A stretch of DNA of 64,000 nt from Oscillospiraceae bacterium. GTDB lineage: Bacteria > Bacillota > Clostridia > Oscillospirales > UBA929. Shown piece after piece: positions 17,656 through 29,695 of this stretch (the first letter of the stretch is position 1; each line of letters opens with the position of its first letter). The notes beneath the pieces were generated by a model. That model did not search any database. It worked only from the letters and a program-made list of their open reading frames with translations, and was not told where the DNA came from. The stretch covers positions 16,165-80,164 of the forward strand of contig JAIRWH010000068.1 of NCBI GenBank assembly GCA_031253545.1. Direction: 5' to 3'. A program made the position numbers and the translations under genes.

Positions 17656-19038
17656 ATGGACTATATCAGCACAAGGGGAAAAGGCGAGCCATATTCGTCC
17701 GCCCGAGCCATCCTGCAAGGGCTCGCGCCGGACGGCGGCCTATTCGCGCCGCGGGCGTTGCCCGCCTTGCCGCCCTTGCGCGCGGGCGCTTACGCGCAAA
17801 CCGCCGCGGCGGTAATGAGCCTCTTCTTCGGCGATTTGCCCGGCATAGACGATATGTGCCGCAAGGCTTACGCCTGCCCGCCGTTCGACACCCCGGCAAT
17901 CGCCCCGCTCAACGGCGACGTGTTGGAGCTCTTCCACGGGCCCACCTGCGCCTTCAAGGATATGGCGCTCCAAGTGTTGCCCTTCCTCATGAGCGCCGCG
18001 CGGGACACGCTCGGCATAAGCGAGGATATACTCATACTCACCGCCACGAGCGGCGACACGGGCAAGGCGGCCTTGGAAGCCTTCGCCGATAAGCCGGGCG
18101 TGAAAATCTTGGTCTTTTACCCGCTTCGCGGCGTATCCCCCATGCAGCAGCTGCAAATGACCACGCAGGAAGGCGCGAATGTGCGCGTCTGCGCCGTGAA
18201 CGGCAACTTCGACGACACGCAGAGCGCCGTGAAGGCCATCTTCGACTCCCCCTCGTTTGCCCAAAAGGCCAAAGAGGCCGGCACGCGCCTGTCCTCGGCC
18301 AATTCCATCAACATAGGCCGCCTCATACCGCAAATCGCCTATTACGCGCACGCGTACAACCTATCCGGGTGCAAAGACGGGGAGAAGGTCAATTTCTGCG
18401 TGCCCACGGGCAACTTCGGCAATATACTCGCCGGGCTGTACGCCAAGCTCATGGGTCTGCCGATTGGCAAACTGCTCTGCGCGAGCAACGAAAACCGTGT
18501 GCTCACCGACGCGCTCACCACGGGCGAATACAACGCCGGGCGCGAGTTCCGCGTCACATACTCGCCGTCCATGGACATACTCGTCTCCGGCAACTTCGAG
18601 CGCGCCCTCTTCCTCCTCTCCGGCGGCGACGCCGGGCTCACCGCCTCGCTCATGGCGCGGCTGCGCGAGGAAAGGCGATATACCGTGCCGCCGGAGCTGC
18701 TCGGCAAACTGCGCGAGCACTTCGCGGCCTATTCCTGCACGGACGCGGAAACGCTGGAGGAAATCGCCCTCACCGGCGCCGACCCGCACACCGCCGTGGC
18801 GCTGCGGGCTTTGCGGCGGCACAGGGAACAGACGGGCGACGGCACGAAGACAATCGTATTGGGCACGGCAAGCTGCTATAAGTTCCTTGAAACCATGCGT
18901 AAAGCGGGCCTCGCGCCCGACGAGAGCCGTATGCCGCGGAAACTGAAAGAAGCGGCGAATAAACCCGCGCGCTTCACGGGTTTCGCGGAGAAGGGCGACC
19001 TGCCGCGCGTGGCGGAAGACTTCATGCGCGGCGGCTGA
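17656..19038 (+). CDS. thrC: threonine synthase
   Basis: MDYISTRG start and FHGPTCAFKDMALQ PLP-lysine motif. 460 aa long form. Confidence 0.9.
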   Translation: MDYISTRGKGEPYSSARAILQGLAPDGGLFAPRALPALPPLRAGAYAQTAAAVMSLFFGDLPGIDDMCRKAYACPPFDTPAIAPLNGDVLELFHGPTCAFKDMALQVLPFLMSAARDTLGISEDILILTATSGDTGKAALEAFADKPGVKILVFYPLRGVSPMQQLQMTTQEGANVRVCAVNGNFDDTQSAVKAIFDSPSFAQKAKEAGTRLSSANSINIGRLIPQIAYYAHAYNLSGCKDGEKVNFCVPTGNFGNILAGLYAKLMGLPIGKLLCASNENRVLTDALTTGEYNAGREFRVTYSPSMDILVSGNFERALFLLSGGDAGLTASLMARLREERRYTVPPELLGKLREHFAAYSCTDAETLEEIALTGADPHTAVALRALRRHREQTGDGTKTIVLGTASCYKFLETMRKAGLAPDESRMPRKLKEAANKPARFTGFAEKGDLPRVAEDFMRGG

Positions 19039-19051
19039 GAAAAGGGGAGGT

Positions 19052-19747
19052 TTGGTCTTGCTGTACGCCATAGGCGATTTGCATTTATCCATGAAAAGCG
19101 GCAAGGAAATGGACGTGTTCGGCGGGGCGTGGCAGGGCTATGTGCGGAAAATCGAGCGCGGGTTCGCGCATATTACCGACGAAGACACCGTGGTGCTCTG
19201 CGGCGACACCTCCTGGGGTCTCAACCTGGGGGAGGCGCTGCCCGATTTTCAATTCTTGGAGACCCTGCCGGGCAGGAAGCTGCTGCTCAAAGGCAACCAC
19301 GATTATTTTTGGGATACGGCCGCAAAGCAGCTGGCGTTTTTCGCGCGGCACAACCTCGCAAAGCTCTCGCTCCTGCACAACAACGCCCGCCTTATCGGCG
19401 GCGCGGCCGTGTGCGGCACAAGGGGTTGGTTTTACGAAGAGGAACGCCTCGCCCATTCGGAAAAAATCTTCCGCAGGGAATTGGGGCGTTTGAGGGCTTC
19501 GCTTGAAGCGGGCAGGAAGCTCACGGACGGCGAACTGCTTGCGTTTTTGCACTACCCGCCCATACACAGCGACTACCGCTGCGAAGAGGTCGCGGGCATA
19601 CTGGGCGAATACGGCGTGAAACGCTGCTATTACGGCCATTTGCACGGCAGGGCGCACGCGTCCGCGTTTGAGGGCGAAGACGGCGGAGTGAGCTACCGCC
19701 TTGTGGCGGCGGACTATGTGGACTTTACGCCCGTGCGGGTGCTGTAA
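19052..19747 (+). CDS. metallophosphoesterase family protein
   Basis: GDLHL, CGDTS and GNHDYFW motifs. Start is TTG 19052 or TTG 19058 (AAAGGGGAGG SD at 19041-19050). Confidence 0.75.
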   Translation: MVLLYAIGDLHLSMKSGKEMDVFGGAWQGYVRKIERGFAHITDEDTVVLCGDTSWGLNLGEALPDFQFLETLPGRKLLLKGNHDYFWDTAAKQLAFFARHNLAKLSLLHNNARLIGGAAVCGTRGWFYEEERLAHSEKIFRRELGRLRASLEAGRKLTDGELLAFLHYPPIHSDYRCEEVAGILGEYGVKRCYYGHLHGRAHASAFEGEDGGVSYRLVAADYVDFTPVRVL

Positions 19748-19766
19748 GAATATATTATTTTCACTA

Positions 19767-19795
19767 TTGGCATTTGTCTCATTGTGTGATATAAA
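19767..19795 (+). promoter_or_regulatory. sigma-A type promoter for tig
   Basis: TTGGCA (19767-19772), 17-bp spacer, TGaTATAAA (19790-19795). Confidence 0.5.
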
Positions 19796-19826
19796 TATCC
19801 TTGAACGCGATTTTGGAGGGCGGGCA

Positions 19827-21149
19827 ATGAAACTCATCGGACAGGAAAACAAAGGCAACCACATCGTATGCCTCACCGTGGAGGTGAGCGCGGAGGAGTT
19901 CGCGCCGGCGTTGGAGCGCTCCTTCCGCAAAAACTCCCCCGGCCTCACCGTACACGGTTTCCGCAAAGGCAAAGCGCCGAGGAAGATGATAGAGAAAATC
20001 TACGGCGAGGGCGTCTTTTATGAAGACGCCGTGGCTTACGCCTACCCGGAGGCTTACGCCGCCGCCGTGGCCGAAGCGGGCATAAAGCCCGTGGTGAACC
20101 CGGATGTCAACGTCGAGAGCATATCCGAGGCCGAAGGCTTCGTGTTCACCGCCTCCGTCACGGTTCGGCCCCCCGTGGAGCTGGGCGCGTACAAGGGTCT
20201 CAGCGCCGAATACGCGCCAAGGCCCGTCACCGAGGCCGACATAGACGCGCACATCGCCCGCCTGCGCGAACGCAACGCCGCCATGCAGGCGGTGGAGCGC
20301 CCCGCCGCCGAAGGCGACACGGTACTCCTCGATTACGAAGGCTCGATAGACGGTGTGCCGTTTGACGGCGGAAAAGCCGTGAACGCGCAGCTCGACATCG
20401 GCGCGCGCCGCTTCATCACGGGCTTTGAGGAGCAAATACCGGGTCATTCCGCGGGCGAGGAGTTTGAGATTACCGTTACCTTCCCCGAAGGTTACCCCTC
20501 GGCCGCCCTCGCCGGCAAAACCGCCGTGTTTGCCGTGAAGCTGCATGAAGTGCGCGAAAAGCTGTTGCCCCGGCTCGACGACGAATTTGCCAAAGACGTG
20601 TCGGAATACGACACAATGGAGCAGCTGCGCCAATCCGTGGCCGAGCAGACAGAGGAGGCCAACCGCCTCCGCGCGGACGCGGAGTTCGAGGACAGGCTCA
20701 TCAGGCAGATGATTGACAACGCGAAGGTTGATATACCCGACGTGATGGTGGAGCAGGAAACAGACGGCATCATGCGGGAGCTGGCCTACCGAATGTACGG
20801 GAGCGGCATTGACTTGCAGGCATACCTCTCCTCCACGGGGCAGACCGCAAAGAGCCTCAGAGACAGCCACAAAGCCGAAGCCGCCGCCAAGGCCAAGGCC
20901 GAGCTCGTCTTCGACGCCGTGGCGGAGGCGGAAAACCTCACCGTCACAGACGAGGAAACAGACGCCGAATACGCGCGCCTTTCGCGTGAGCACTCGGCTC
21001 CGCGCGAAGCCGTTGAGAAAAGCCTGAGCGCCGAGGCGCTGCGCTCTGAGCTGCTCATGAAAAAGGTTGTCAAAACCCTCGTGGATTCCGCGGTAAAGAC
21101 CGCCCCCGCGCCGGGCGGCACAAATACGAAGGAGGATAAAGCACCGTGA
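19827..21149 (+). CDS. tig: trigger factor
   Basis: Track ORF trimmed to [28 protein letters not shown] ribosome-binding motif and FKBP-type PPIase core. Confidence 0.9.
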   Translation: MKLIGQENKGNHIVCLTVEVSAEEFAPALERSFRKNSPGLTVHGFRKGKAPRKMIEKIYGEGVFYEDAVAYAYPEAYAAAVAEAGIKPVVNPDVNVESISEAEGFVFTASVTVRPPVELGAYKGLSAEYAPRPVTEADIDAHIARLRERNAAMQAVERPAAEGDTVLLDYEGSIDGVPFDGGKAVNAQLDIGARRFITGFEEQIPGHSAGEEFEITVTFPEGYPSAALAGKTAVFAVKLHEVREKLLPRLDDEFAKDVSEYDTMEQLRQSVAEQTEEANRLRADAEFEDRLIRQMIDNAKVDIPDVMVEQETDGIMRELAYRMYGSGIDLQAYLSSTGQTAKSLRDSHKAEAAAKAKAELVFDAVAEAENLTVTDEETDAEYARLSREHSAPREAVEKSLSAEALRSELLMKKVVKTLVDSAVKTAPAPGGTNTKEDKAP

Positions 21150-21790
21150 ACACACACATCATTCACCCGCGCGCCTCCGGCCTCCCCCTCGCCGTTACCC
21201 CTCCCTCGGCGGAGCTTGTGCCGATGGTGGTGGAGCAGACAAGCAGGGGCGAGCGCCAGTTCGACATCTTCTCGCGCCTCCTCAACGACAGAATAGTCAT
21301 GCTCTCGCGCGATGTCAACGAAGTTACCTCGTCGCTCATTATAGCGCAAATGCTCTTCCTCGAAGCGCAGGACCCGGACAAAGACATACAGTTTTACATC
21401 AACAGCCCCGGCGGCGGCGTGAGCGACGGCATGGCCATATTCGACACCATGCGCTTCGTGAAATGCGACGTATCCACCATATGCATCGGCATGGCGGCCT
21501 CCATGGGCGCGTTTTTGCTCGCGGCGGGCGCGAAAGGCAAGCGTTTCGCGCTGCCCAACTCCGAGATTATGATACACCAGCCCTCCGGCGGCGTGCGCGG
21601 CCAAGCCACGGATATACACATACACGCCGAGCATATCATCAGGACGAAAGACAAGCTCAACCGCCTGCTTTCCGAAATGACGGGGCAGCCGATGGCCACC
21701 GTGGCGGAAGACACCGAGCGCGACAACTACATGACGGCCGAGGAAGCCTTGGCCTACGGCATCGTAGACAAAATAATCGAAAAACACTAA
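21146..21790 (+). CDS. clpP: ATP-dependent Clp protease proteolytic subunit
   Basis: [31 protein letters not shown] (Ser) and MIHQPSGG (His). GTG 21146 has an AAGGAGG SD 9 nt upstream. A shorter start near 21218-21224 is possible. Confidence 0.9.
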   Translation: MNTHIIHPRASGLPLAVTPPSAELVPMVVEQTSRGERQFDIFSRLLNDRIVMLSRDVNEVTSSLIIAQMLFLEAQDPDKDIQFYINSPGGGVSDGMAIFDTMRFVKCDVSTICIGMAASMGAFLLAAGAKGKRFALPNSEIMIHQPSGGVRGQATDIHIHAEHIIRTKDKLNRLLSEMTGQPMATVAEDTERDNYMTAEEALAYGIVDKIIEKH

Positions 21791-21802
21791 GAGGGGGTAG
21801 CC

Positions 21803-23107
21803 ATGCCCGGAGATGATACGCGCAACATACGCTGCTCGTTCTGCAACAAACCGCAGGACAACGTGCACAGGCTCATAGCGGGCCCCGGCGTATGTATATG
21901 CAACGAATGTGTGAGCCTGTGCCTTTCCATACTCGACGACGGTCACGGCTATTCCAAGGGCAGCATGCTCTCGGAGCCGGCGAGCGACCTGCCGCGCCCG
22001 AAGGAGATACGGGCGTTTCTCGACGACTACGTGATAGGGCAAGACAAAGCGAAGGTCGTGCTTTCGGTGGCGGTCTACAACCACTACAAGCGCATATACT
22101 TCGACAGCGGCGACGGCGTGCAGTTGCAAAAGAGCAATATCCTCATGCTCGGCCCCACGGGCTGCGGCAAGACGCACTTCGCCTCCACCCTCGCGCAAAT
22201 CCTCAAAGTCCCGTTCGCCATCGCCGACGCCACCACCCTCACGGAAGCGGGCTATGTGGGCGAGGACGTGGAAATCATACTGCTGCGCCTCATACAGGCC
22301 GCCGATTACGACGTGGCCTTGGCGGAACGCGGGATTATCTACATAGACGAATTAGACAAAATCGCCCGCAAAAGCGAAAACACCTCCATCACGCGCGATG
22401 TTTCGGGCGAGGGGGTGCAGCAGGCCCTGCTCAAAATCTTGGAGGGCACGGTGGCCAACGTGCCGCCCACGGGCGGGCGTAAGCACCCGCACCAAGACTT
22501 CATACAGATAGACACGTCCAACATACTCTTCATCTGCGGCGGCGCGTTCGAGGGCATTGAAAAAATCGTGGAAAACCGCTTGGGCAAGACGGGCATGGGT
22601 TTCAACGCGCAGGTGGAAAGCAGGAAGGAAAAAGACATCACATCGCTGCTTGCCGAGGTTATGCCCCACGATATACTCAAATACGGCATCATACCGGAGC
22701 TCGTGGGCAGGTTGCCCGTCATAGCGCCGCTCGGCCAGCTCACCCGCGAGGAATATGTGCGTATACTCACCGAGCCGAAAAACGCGCTCGTGAAGCAATA
22801 CCAAAAGTTACTGCAATACGACAACGTGTTGCTCGACTTTGAGCGCGAGGCGCTTGAAGCCATAGCGGACAGCGCCATTGAGCGCAGCATCGGCGCGCGC
22901 GGCTTGCGGGCCATCATCGAAAACCTCATGACCGACGTGATGTACAACGTGCCCACGGAGCCGGACGTCTCACGGGTCACCATCACCAAAGAAACGGTGC
23001 TCGGCAGCCTGCCCCCCTGTTTCTCCCGCGACACGGAACACCACATCAAGGCGGCGCAGGCGAAACTGCCCAAACCGGCGGCCAAGGCGAAGAAGAATGT
23101 GTCGTAG
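21803..23107 (+). CDS. clpX: ATP-dependent Clp protease ATP-binding subunit ClpX
   Basis: CSFCNK...CICNEC zinc ribbon, GPTGCGKT Walker A and IYIDELDK Walker B. Confidence 0.95.
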   Translation: MPGDDTRNIRCSFCNKPQDNVHRLIAGPGVCICNECVSLCLSILDDGHGYSKGSMLSEPASDLPRPKEIRAFLDDYVIGQDKAKVVLSVAVYNHYKRIYFDSGDGVQLQKSNILMLGPTGCGKTHFASTLAQILKVPFAIADATTLTEAGYVGEDVEIILLRLIQAADYDVALAERGIIYIDELDKIARKSENTSITRDVSGEGVQQALLKILEGTVANVPPTGGRKHPHQDFIQIDTSNILFICGGAFEGIEKIVENRLGKTGMGFNAQVESRKEKDITSLLAEVMPHDILKYGIIPELVGRLPVIAPLGQLTREEYVRILTEPKNALVKQYQKLLQYDNVLLDFEREALEAIADSAIERSIGARGLRAIIENLMTDVMYNVPTEPDVSRVTITKETVLGSLPPCFSRDTEHHIKAAQAKLPKPAAKAKKNVS

Positions 23108-23119
23108 GCCGGTGGCGCG

Positions 23120-25444
23120 ATGACTTTGCCGTTGATAGCCTTGCGCGGAATGACGGTGTTTCCGCGCATGATGCTGTATTTTGACATAGGCCGTGAAAAG
23201 TCCGTCAAGGCGCTCGAACAGGCCATGCAAAACCGCGAAAACGTATTCCTCACGCTCCAGAAAGACATACGCGCCGACGAGCCGAACGAACACAATGTGT
23301 CGCACATAGGCACAGTGGCGCAAATCCGCCAGATGCTGCGCCTGCCGGGCGACAGCGTGCGCGTGTTGGTGGAAGGGCAAACGCGCGGCAAAATCGTCAA
23401 CTTCGTGAGCGTGGAGCCGTTCCTCGCCGTGGAGGTCGAGCCGTTTGCCGACACAAAGCGCCCGCGCGGCTCCGCGCCGCAAATCGAGGCGCTCATACGC
23501 GAGGTCCGCAACCTGTTTGAGAGCTACGCCGCGTTCGTGCCCCGGCTCTCGCCGGAGCTCGTCGTCAATGTGCTCGCCGCCCGCGAGCCGGGTTATTTGG
23601 CCGACTACATCGCGCAAAACACCCCCATACCCTTCGAGAGCAAGCAGAGCATATTGGAGGAACGCGCCCCCCTGCGCAGGTTGGAGCGCCTTTCCGCCGT
23701 GCTCGCCTCCGAAATCGAGATTTTGGAGCTTGAAAACGACATACACACAAAGGTGCATGAGCAAATAAACAAAAACCAGCGCGACTACTACCTGCGCGAA
23801 CAGCTTAAAACCATACAGGCGGAGCTGGGCGACGAACACGAAGCCGACGAGCTCGGCGACGACTACACCCGCCGCATACTCGCCCTGAAGCTGCCACGCG
23901 ACACCGAGGAAAAGTTCCTCAAGGAAGCGTCGAGGCTCCGCCGCCTCCACGAAGGCTCCCCGGAAAGCGCCGTGGTGCGCACATACTTAGACACCGTGCT
24001 GGAATTGCCGTGGCGCAAAACCACGCGCGACAGGTTAGACATCGAGGCCGCCCGCCGCGTGCTCGACCGCGACCATTACGGCATGCAGAAAATCAAGGAG
24101 CGCGTGTTGGAGTTTTTGGCGGTGAAGCGCCTTGCCCCCGAATTGAAGGGGCAAATACTCTGTTTTGTGGGGCCGCCCGGCGTGGGCAAAACCTCGGCGG
24201 GCATTTCCGTGGCAAAGGCCCTCGGCCGCAAAATGGGCAGGCTCTCGCTGGGCGGGGTGCGCGACGAGGCCGACATACGCGGCCACCGCAAGACCTACAT
24301 CGGCGCCATGCCCGGCAGAATCATCAACGCCGTGAAGCAAGCGCAAAGCCGTAACGCCGTGTTGCTGCTCGACGAAATAGACAAGCTCGGCAGCGACTTC
24401 CGCGGCGACCCCGCCTCCGCCCTGCTTGAAGTGCTCGACCCGGAGCTGAACGCCACGTTTCGCGACCACTACGTGGAAGCGCCGTTTGACCTATCCGACA
24501 TATTGTTCATCACCACCGCCAACACCACCGACACCATACCCCGCGCCCTGCTCGACCGCATGGAAGTGCTCGAGATGACCAGCTACACGGACGAGGAGAA
24601 GGTCACCATAGCCACCGAACACCTCATCCCCAAGCAGCTGCGGCGGCACGGGCTGAAAAAGGCGCAGCTTTCCATACCCGCGCCCACCCTGCGGGAAATC
24701 ATCTCCGGCTACACGCGCGAATCCGGCGTGCGCAATTTGGAGCGCGAACTGGCGGCTATATGCCGCAAAGCCGCCCGGCGGGTGGCGCAAGGCGAAACGC
24801 GCAGGGTTCGCGTCGCCCCGCAAGACTTGGAGGGGCTGCTGGGGGTACGCAAATACAAGCCCGAGCGCAAGCGCGGCGAAGACGAGGTGGGCGTGGCCAA
24901 CGGCCTCGCGTGGACTAAGGTGGGCGGCGAACTGTTGGAAGTGGAAGCGGGCATATTAGACGGCACGGGTAAGGTGGAGCTGACGGGCAACCTCGGCGAG
25001 ATAATGAAGGAATCGGCAAAGGCGGCGCTCAGTTACATACGCAGCAGGGCGAAAATCCTTGCCATTGACCCGAAGTTTTACAAAAACAAGGATATACATA
25101 TCCACTTCCCGGAGGGCGCGATTCCCAAAGACGGCCCGTCGGCGGGCATCACCGTGGCCACGGCCATGATTTCCGCCCTCACCAACACGCCCGTGCGCCG
25201 CGACGCGGCCATGACGGGCGAAATATCCCTGCGCGGGCGCGTGCTGCCCGTGGGCGGCCTGAAAGAAAAAACCATGGCGGCCTACAGGGCCGGTATCGGC
25301 ACGGTGATTATCCCCGCGGAAAACGAAAGCGACTTGCAGGAGATAGACGCCACCGTGCGCGAGGCGCTCACCTTCGTGACCGCCGACCACATGGACACCG
25401 TGCTCAGCGCCGCCTTGGGTCTGACCGTCGGCCATGAAAAGTGA
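23120..25444 (+). CDS. lon: Lon protease (LonA)
   Basis: LON N-domain, GPPGVGKTS Walker A, and DGPSAGIT catalytic Ser in the C-terminal protease domain. Confidence 0.95.
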   Translation: MTLPLIALRGMTVFPRMMLYFDIGREKSVKALEQAMQNRENVFLTLQKDIRADEPNEHNVSHIGTVAQIRQMLRLPGDSVRVLVEGQTRGKIVNFVSVEPFLAVEVEPFADTKRPRGSAPQIEALIREVRNLFESYAAFVPRLSPELVVNVLAAREPGYLADYIAQNTPIPFESKQSILEERAPLRRLERLSAVLASEIEILELENDIHTKVHEQINKNQRDYYLREQLKTIQAELGDEHEADELGDDYTRRILALKLPRDTEEKFLKEASRLRRLHEGSPESAVVRTYLDTVLELPWRKTTRDRLDIEAARRVLDRDHYGMQKIKERVLEFLAVKRLAPELKGQILCFVGPPGVGKTSAGISVAKALGRKMGRLSLGGVRDEADIRGHRKTYIGAMPGRIINAVKQAQSRNAVLLLDEIDKLGSDFRGDPASALLEVLDPELNATFRDHYVEAPFDLSDILFITTANTTDTIPRALLDRMEVLEMTSYTDEEKVTIATEHLIPKQLRRHGLKKAQLSIPAPTLREIISGYTRESGVRNLERELAAICRKAARRVAQGETRRVRVAPQDLEGLLGVRKYKPERKRGEDEVGVANGLAWTKVGGELLEVEAGILDGTGKVELTGNLGEIMKESAKAALSYIRSRAKILAIDPKFYKNKDIHIHFPEGAIPKDGPSAGITVATAMISALTNTPVRRDAAMTGEISLRGRVLPVGGLKEKTMAAYRAGIGTVIIPAENESDLQEIDATVREALTFVTADHMDTVLSAALGLTVGHEK

Positions 25445-26021
25445 GCCCGCTTCTTTTATATGCTCGGCGTACTCCCCCGAAGACTTTATCATCGGCGGCA
25501 AACCCGTGGTGGCGTTCGCGGGGCGCTCCAACGCGGGCAAAAGCTCCGTTATCAACACGCTCACGGGCCGCCGCTCGCTCGCCCATGTGGGCAAAGCCCC
25601 CGGCAAGACCCAAAGCGTGAACTACTACGCCATAGGCTCCAAGCTCTGTTTCGCGGACCTGCCCGGCTACGGCTACGCCAAAGTGGGCAAAGCGACGATA
25701 GACGCTTGGTCGGTCTTAATGGAGGCCTTCTTCGCCCGCCCCGACACGGTGGCCTTCGGCATACTCGTGGTGGATTCGCGCCACACCCCCACAAGCCAAG
25801 ACGCGCTCATGGCGCGTTATTTCGCGCAGAGCGCGAAGCCGTGGGCGGTTGTTGCCAACAAAGCGGATAAACTGAAAAAAAGCGATATACCCGCCGCGGC
25901 GGCGGCGCTGCGCGGGGCGCTCGGCGCGGGCGCGGACGTGCCCGTCACGGCGTTTTCGTGCGTGAACGGGTTGGGAAAGGATGAGATATTGCAATGTATC
26001 TACCGCAATGTTGCTCGGTAA
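25434..26021 (+). CDS. engB: ribosome biogenesis GTP-binding protein YihA/YsxC
   Basis: [16 protein letters not shown]1, DLPGYGYA G3 and NKADK G4 motifs. Conserved position after lon. Confidence 0.9.
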   Translation: MKSEPASFICSAYSPEDFIIGGKPVVAFAGRSNAGKSSVINTLTGRRSLAHVGKAPGKTQSVNYYAIGSKLCFADLPGYGYAKVGKATIDAWSVLMEAFFARPDTVAFGILVVDSRHTPTSQDALMARYFAQSAKPWAVVANKADKLKKSDIPAAAAALRGALGAGADVPVTAFSCVNGLGKDEILQCIYRNVAR

Positions 26022-27280
26022 GCCCAAACGGCCGCCTGCTCATGGACGGCTTAGACGTGGCGGATATAGCGCGGGAATACGGCACCCCGCTCTACCTGAT
26101 GAGCGAGGAGAGCATCGTCTCCGCCTGCCGTTTATTCACGGATACGCTCAAAGCCGCCTACCCCGGGCAAAGCGTAACGGCATACGCGAGCAAGGCGCTC
26201 TCGTGCAAATACATACTCTCTCTCGCGCGGCGCGAAGGCCTTTGGGCGGACGTGGTCTCCGGCGGCGAGCTGTACACGGCGCTCGCCGCGGGCTTTGACC
26301 CGCGGAATATTATCTACCACGGCAACAACAAAACCGAAGGGGAGCTTACCTACGCGCTCGCCTCCGGCGTGGGCTATTTCGTGGCGGACAGCACCCGGGA
26401 GCTGTATCTGCTCGACGAACTGAGCGGCAAGGCGGGCGCGCGCCCCGACGTGGCGCTGCGCCTCAAACCCGGCATAGAGGCGCACACGCACGAATATGTG
26501 CAGACGGGCAAAATAGATTCCAAGTTCGGCATACCCATGGAAACGGACGAAGCCCTCCGCGCCGCGGAAATCGCGGCAGGCATGAAAAACATCAGCCTCG
26601 CGGGCCTGCATTGCCACATCGGTTCGCAAATCTTCATCTCCGAGCCGTTTGTCTGCGCCGCGCAAACGCTGCTGCGCTTTGCCGGGCAAACGGGCCTGCC
26701 GCTGCGCGACGTCAACATCGGCGGCGGCTTCGGCATAAGGTATACCGATTCCCAAACGCCGGAAGATATTTCCGCCATGCTCGCCGCCGCCGCGAATGCC
26801 GTGGTTCTCGCCGCCGGCGAACAAGGCTTGCCGCTGCCGCGCCTCATGTGCGAGCCGGGCAGGAGCGTCGTGGGCCCCGCGGGTATCACGCTATACACGG
26901 TGGGCGGCGTGAAGCATATACCCGGCGTGAGGACATATGTATCGGTAGACGGCGGCATGACGGACAATATCCGCCACGCCCTCTACGGCGCGGAATACAC
27001 GGCCGCCCTCGCCGAGCGTATGCGCGAGCCGCCCGACGCTGCGGTCACCATTGCCGGCCGCGCCTGCGAGAGCGGCGACCTCATCGGCACAAATATGCCC
27101 CTCGCGAACGCGAAACCGGGAGATATACTTGCAATATTCGCCACGGGAGCGTATAATTACTCCATGGCGAGCAACTACAACCGTGTGCCGCGCCCGCCCA
27201 TAGTCGTTGCGCGCGGGGGGCGAGCGGAGGCGGTCGTGCGGCGGGAAACCTACGAAGACCTCACGCGGTGCGACCTGTAA
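25994..27280 (+). CDS. lysA: diaminopimelate decarboxylase
   Basis: YGTPLYLMSE, YASKAL (PLP Lys), GGGFGIRY and CESGD motifs. Confidence 0.9.
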   Translation: MYLPQCCSVSPNGRLLMDGLDVADIAREYGTPLYLMSEESIVSACRLFTDTLKAAYPGQSVTAYASKALSCKYILSLARREGLWADVVSGGELYTALAAGFDPRNIIYHGNNKTEGELTYALASGVGYFVADSTRELYLLDELSGKAGARPDVALRLKPGIEAHTHEYVQTGKIDSKFGIPMETDEALRAAEIAAGMKNISLAGLHCHIGSQIFISEPFVCAAQTLLRFAGQTGLPLRDVNIGGGFGIRYTDSQTPEDISAMLAAAANAVVLAAGEQGLPLPRLMCEPGRSVVGPAGITLYTVGGVKHIPGVRTYVSVDGGMTDNIRHALYGAEYTAALAERMREPPDAAVTIAGRACESGDLIGTNMPLANAKPGDILAIFATGAYNYSMASNYNRVPRPPIVVARGGRAEAVVRRETYEDLTRCDL

Positions 27281-28041
27281 TGCCGGAATCCCTCACGTTT
27301 AAGCTCGAGTGCGTGGTCAAAGCCAAGCAAGAGGTGATGGAAGACTTCGAAGGGCCGCTCGACCTCATCTTGGAGCTTCTCAGGCGCGAAAAAATCGAGA
27401 TATGCGACTTACGCATATCGCTCCTCACCGAGCAATACCTCGCGTGGATGGCGTTGCGCCGCCGCCTCGACTTAGAGGTCGCGAGCGAGTTCGTGGCCAT
27501 GGCCTCCCACCTTGTGTACCTCAAAACCAAGACGCTCCTCGCGGTGGGGCAGCGCCGCGACGAGGAAATGGACGAGCTTATGCTGGCGCTGCGCGAACGG
27601 GAACGCCGGGAGGAATACAGGAGAATCCTCGTCGCCCGCGCGTTTTTGGAGCTCAGGGCAAACATAGGCCGCGACATCATCGCAAAGCCGCCGGAAAACC
27701 TCGCCCCCGCGGCCGCCTACACCCACACCCACGAAATATCCGCGCTCCTCGCCGCAATGGCGGACATCGGCCTGCGCGCGCTCCACAAAGCGCCGCCGCC
27801 CGTGGAGGTCTTTTCGCAAATCATCACCCCCGAAAAGTACCCCGTGCAAGAAAAAATGGCCCACATCATGCGCGAACTGGCAGGCTCCGCCAAGGCATCG
27901 CTGCAAAGCGTGCTGCGTTCGCAAAGCCGCTCCGAATCCATCGCGCTCTTCTTAGCGGTCTTGGAGCTTTGCCGGAGCTACGCCGTGCTGATTACCGAGG
28001 AGGAAGGGCGGCTTTACTTAGTGAAGGCGGACGCGGCATAA
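27280..28041 (+). CDS. scpA: segregation and condensation protein A
   Basis: FEGPLDLILELLRREKIEICDLRISLLTEQYL kleisin N-terminus. ATG 27280 overlaps the lysA TAA. GTG 27268 is an alternative start. Confidence 0.85.
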   Translation: MPESLTFKLECVVKAKQEVMEDFEGPLDLILELLRREKIEICDLRISLLTEQYLAWMALRRRLDLEVASEFVAMASHLVYLKTKTLLAVGQRRDEEMDELMLALRERERREEYRRILVARAFLELRANIGRDIIAKPPENLAPAAAYTHTHEISALLAAMADIGLRALHKAPPPVEVFSQIITPEKYPVQEKMAHIMRELAGSAKASLQSVLRSQSRSESIALFLAVLELCRSYAVLITEEEGRLYLVKADAA

Positions 28042-28087
28042 CGCGCGCCGGGCGCGGCGCTATCCGCGCGGGAGGTGACTGCGAGGC

Positions 28088-28645
28088 TTGGACACAGGCG
28101 AATTGGAATCCGTCATCGAGGGCATACTGTTTGCGGCCGGGGAACCCATATCGCTCACGCGCCTCGCTCAGGCCGCCGACGTCGAGCCGGGCGAAGCCGA
28201 AAGGGCCGCGCGCTCCGTGGCGGACAGGCTGCGCTACGAAAGGCGCGGTATGCGCATAGCGGAGATGGACGGCGTGTATCAAATGGTCTCCGCCCCCGAA
28301 TACGCGCCGCTCATTCGCAAGGCCATGGAAGAGCGCAGGCCGCCCCCCCTCTCCAAAGCCGCCTTGGAAGTCCTGTGCGTCACGGCATACCGCCAGCCGG
28401 TCACGCGCGCGGAAATCGAGCGCATACGCGGCGTAGACAGCTCCAACACGGTCGCCCTGCTCGCGGAAAAGGGTCTTATTGAGGAAGCGGGGCGGTTAGA
28501 CGTATTGGGCAGGCCCATGCAATACCGCACAACCCCCGCGTTCCTGCGCACATTCGGGCTCAAGAGCTTAGACGAACTGCCGGACATCGAACAAATGGAA
28601 GGGCAGCTTGCCATGCTCGCGGATATGCAGGGTGTCTCGCCGTGA
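28088..28645 (+). CDS. scpB: segregation and condensation protein B
   Basis: IEGILFAAGEPISL and LSKAALEVLCVTAYRQPVTRAEIERIRGV winged-helix repeats. TTG start. Confidence 0.85.
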   Translation: MDTGELESVIEGILFAAGEPISLTRLAQAADVEPGEAERAARSVADRLRYERRGMRIAEMDGVYQMVSAPEYAPLIRKAMEERRPPPLSKAALEVLCVTAYRQPVTRAEIERIRGVDSSNTVALLAEKGLIEEAGRLDVLGRPMQYRTTPAFLRTFGLKSLDELPDIEQMEGQLAMLADMQGVSP

Positions 28646-29316
28646 CGGCCGGAGCGCCGCTTGCCGCAGGGGGGTTCATCGTCGCCCTCGCCGCCTCCCC
28701 TTGGTTACCCCTCCCGCTCCTCCTGCTGTCCGCGGGCTTATTATCGCTCTTGCTCACGCCCTTGGGCATCGTGGCCTACCACCACAACGGGCAAACGCGC
28801 GTGAAGCTGAAAATCGGCTTTCTGCGCGTGGCGCTGTGGCCGCGAAAAGCGAAAAAACCCCGCGCGCGCCCCGCCGCGCGCCGTCGCCCGAAAAAAGCCG
28901 CCGAAAAAGGAAAAATGCTCAAAAACCTCCTGCCGGGCGCGGACGACGCGGGCAAATTGCTTGCCTTCGCAAAGAAAACCGCGGGGCGCTTTTTCGGCGT
29001 CATCAGCGTAAACAGGTTGGGTCTGCGTTGCGTGATGGGGAGCAGCGACGCGGCGGCGACCGCGCTGAACTACGGCAGGCTCTGCGCTCTCGTCCACACG
29101 GCGTTGCCCTTGCTCCGCGAGGCCGTGAATATCCGCCGCGAAAGCATAGACATCACCCCGGACTTCCAAGCGGGCAAAAGCGACATAACATTCATCGCGG
29201 ACATCACGCTCACCTTAGCCTCGCTCATAGGCTTCGCGGCGCTCACGGCGGCCGGGGCGGCGGGCTATATACTGAAAAAAACCACTACACATTACAAGGA
29301 AAAGGCGGTGCGGTAA
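28642..29316 (+). CDS. DUF2953/YtfI-like sporulation membrane protein
   Basis: N-terminal TM segments, Lys/Arg/Pro-rich linker, position directly upstream of ytfJ. Family assignment is from memory and context. Confidence 0.5.
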   Translation: MTAGAPLAAGGFIVALAASPWLPLPLLLLSAGLLSLLLTPLGIVAYHHNGQTRVKLKIGFLRVALWPRKAKKPRARPAARRRPKKAAEKGKMLKNLLPGADDAGKLLAFAKKTAGRFFGVISVNRLGLRCVMGSSDAAATALNYGRLCALVHTALPLLREAVNIRRESIDITPDFQAGKSDITFIADITLTLASLIGFAALTAAGAAGYILKKTTTHYKEKAVR

Positions 29317-29688
29317 ATGGCAAACCACGAAATCAACGCCATGATGGAAACCACAATGGGCAAAATCAAAGAGATGGTGGATGTCAACACGGTGGTGGGG
29401 GAACCCATATTCACGCCCGACGGCGGCACCGTCATCCCCGTATCCAAATGCACCTTCGGCTTTTGCGTGGGCGGCTCCGAGTTCGGCAAAAACGAAAGCG
29501 CGAAGAGCTTCGGCGGCGGCAGCGGCATAGGCGTCACGGTGGTGCCCACCGCTTTCCTCGTCATAGACGCCTCCGGCGTGAAACTTGTGCCGATAACGCC
29601 CCCGGCGGGCAACACCGTGGACCGCTTGGTGGAAATGGTGCCCGGCGTTATAGACAAAATCACCGCGTTGTTCAAGGGAGGCTCTTAA
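29317..29688 (+). CDS. ytfJ: sporulation protein YtfJ (GerW family)
   Basis: MGKIKEMVDVNTVVGEPIFTPDGGTVIPVSK...GGGSGIGVTVVPTAFLVI pattern typical of YtfJ. Confidence 0.8.
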   Translation: MANHEINAMMETTMGKIKEMVDVNTVVGEPIFTPDGGTVIPVSKCTFGFCVGGSEFGKNESAKSFGGGSGIGVTVVPTAFLVIDASGVKLVPITPPAGNTVDRLVEMVPGVIDKITALFKGGS

Positions 29689-29695
29689 AGCCGCG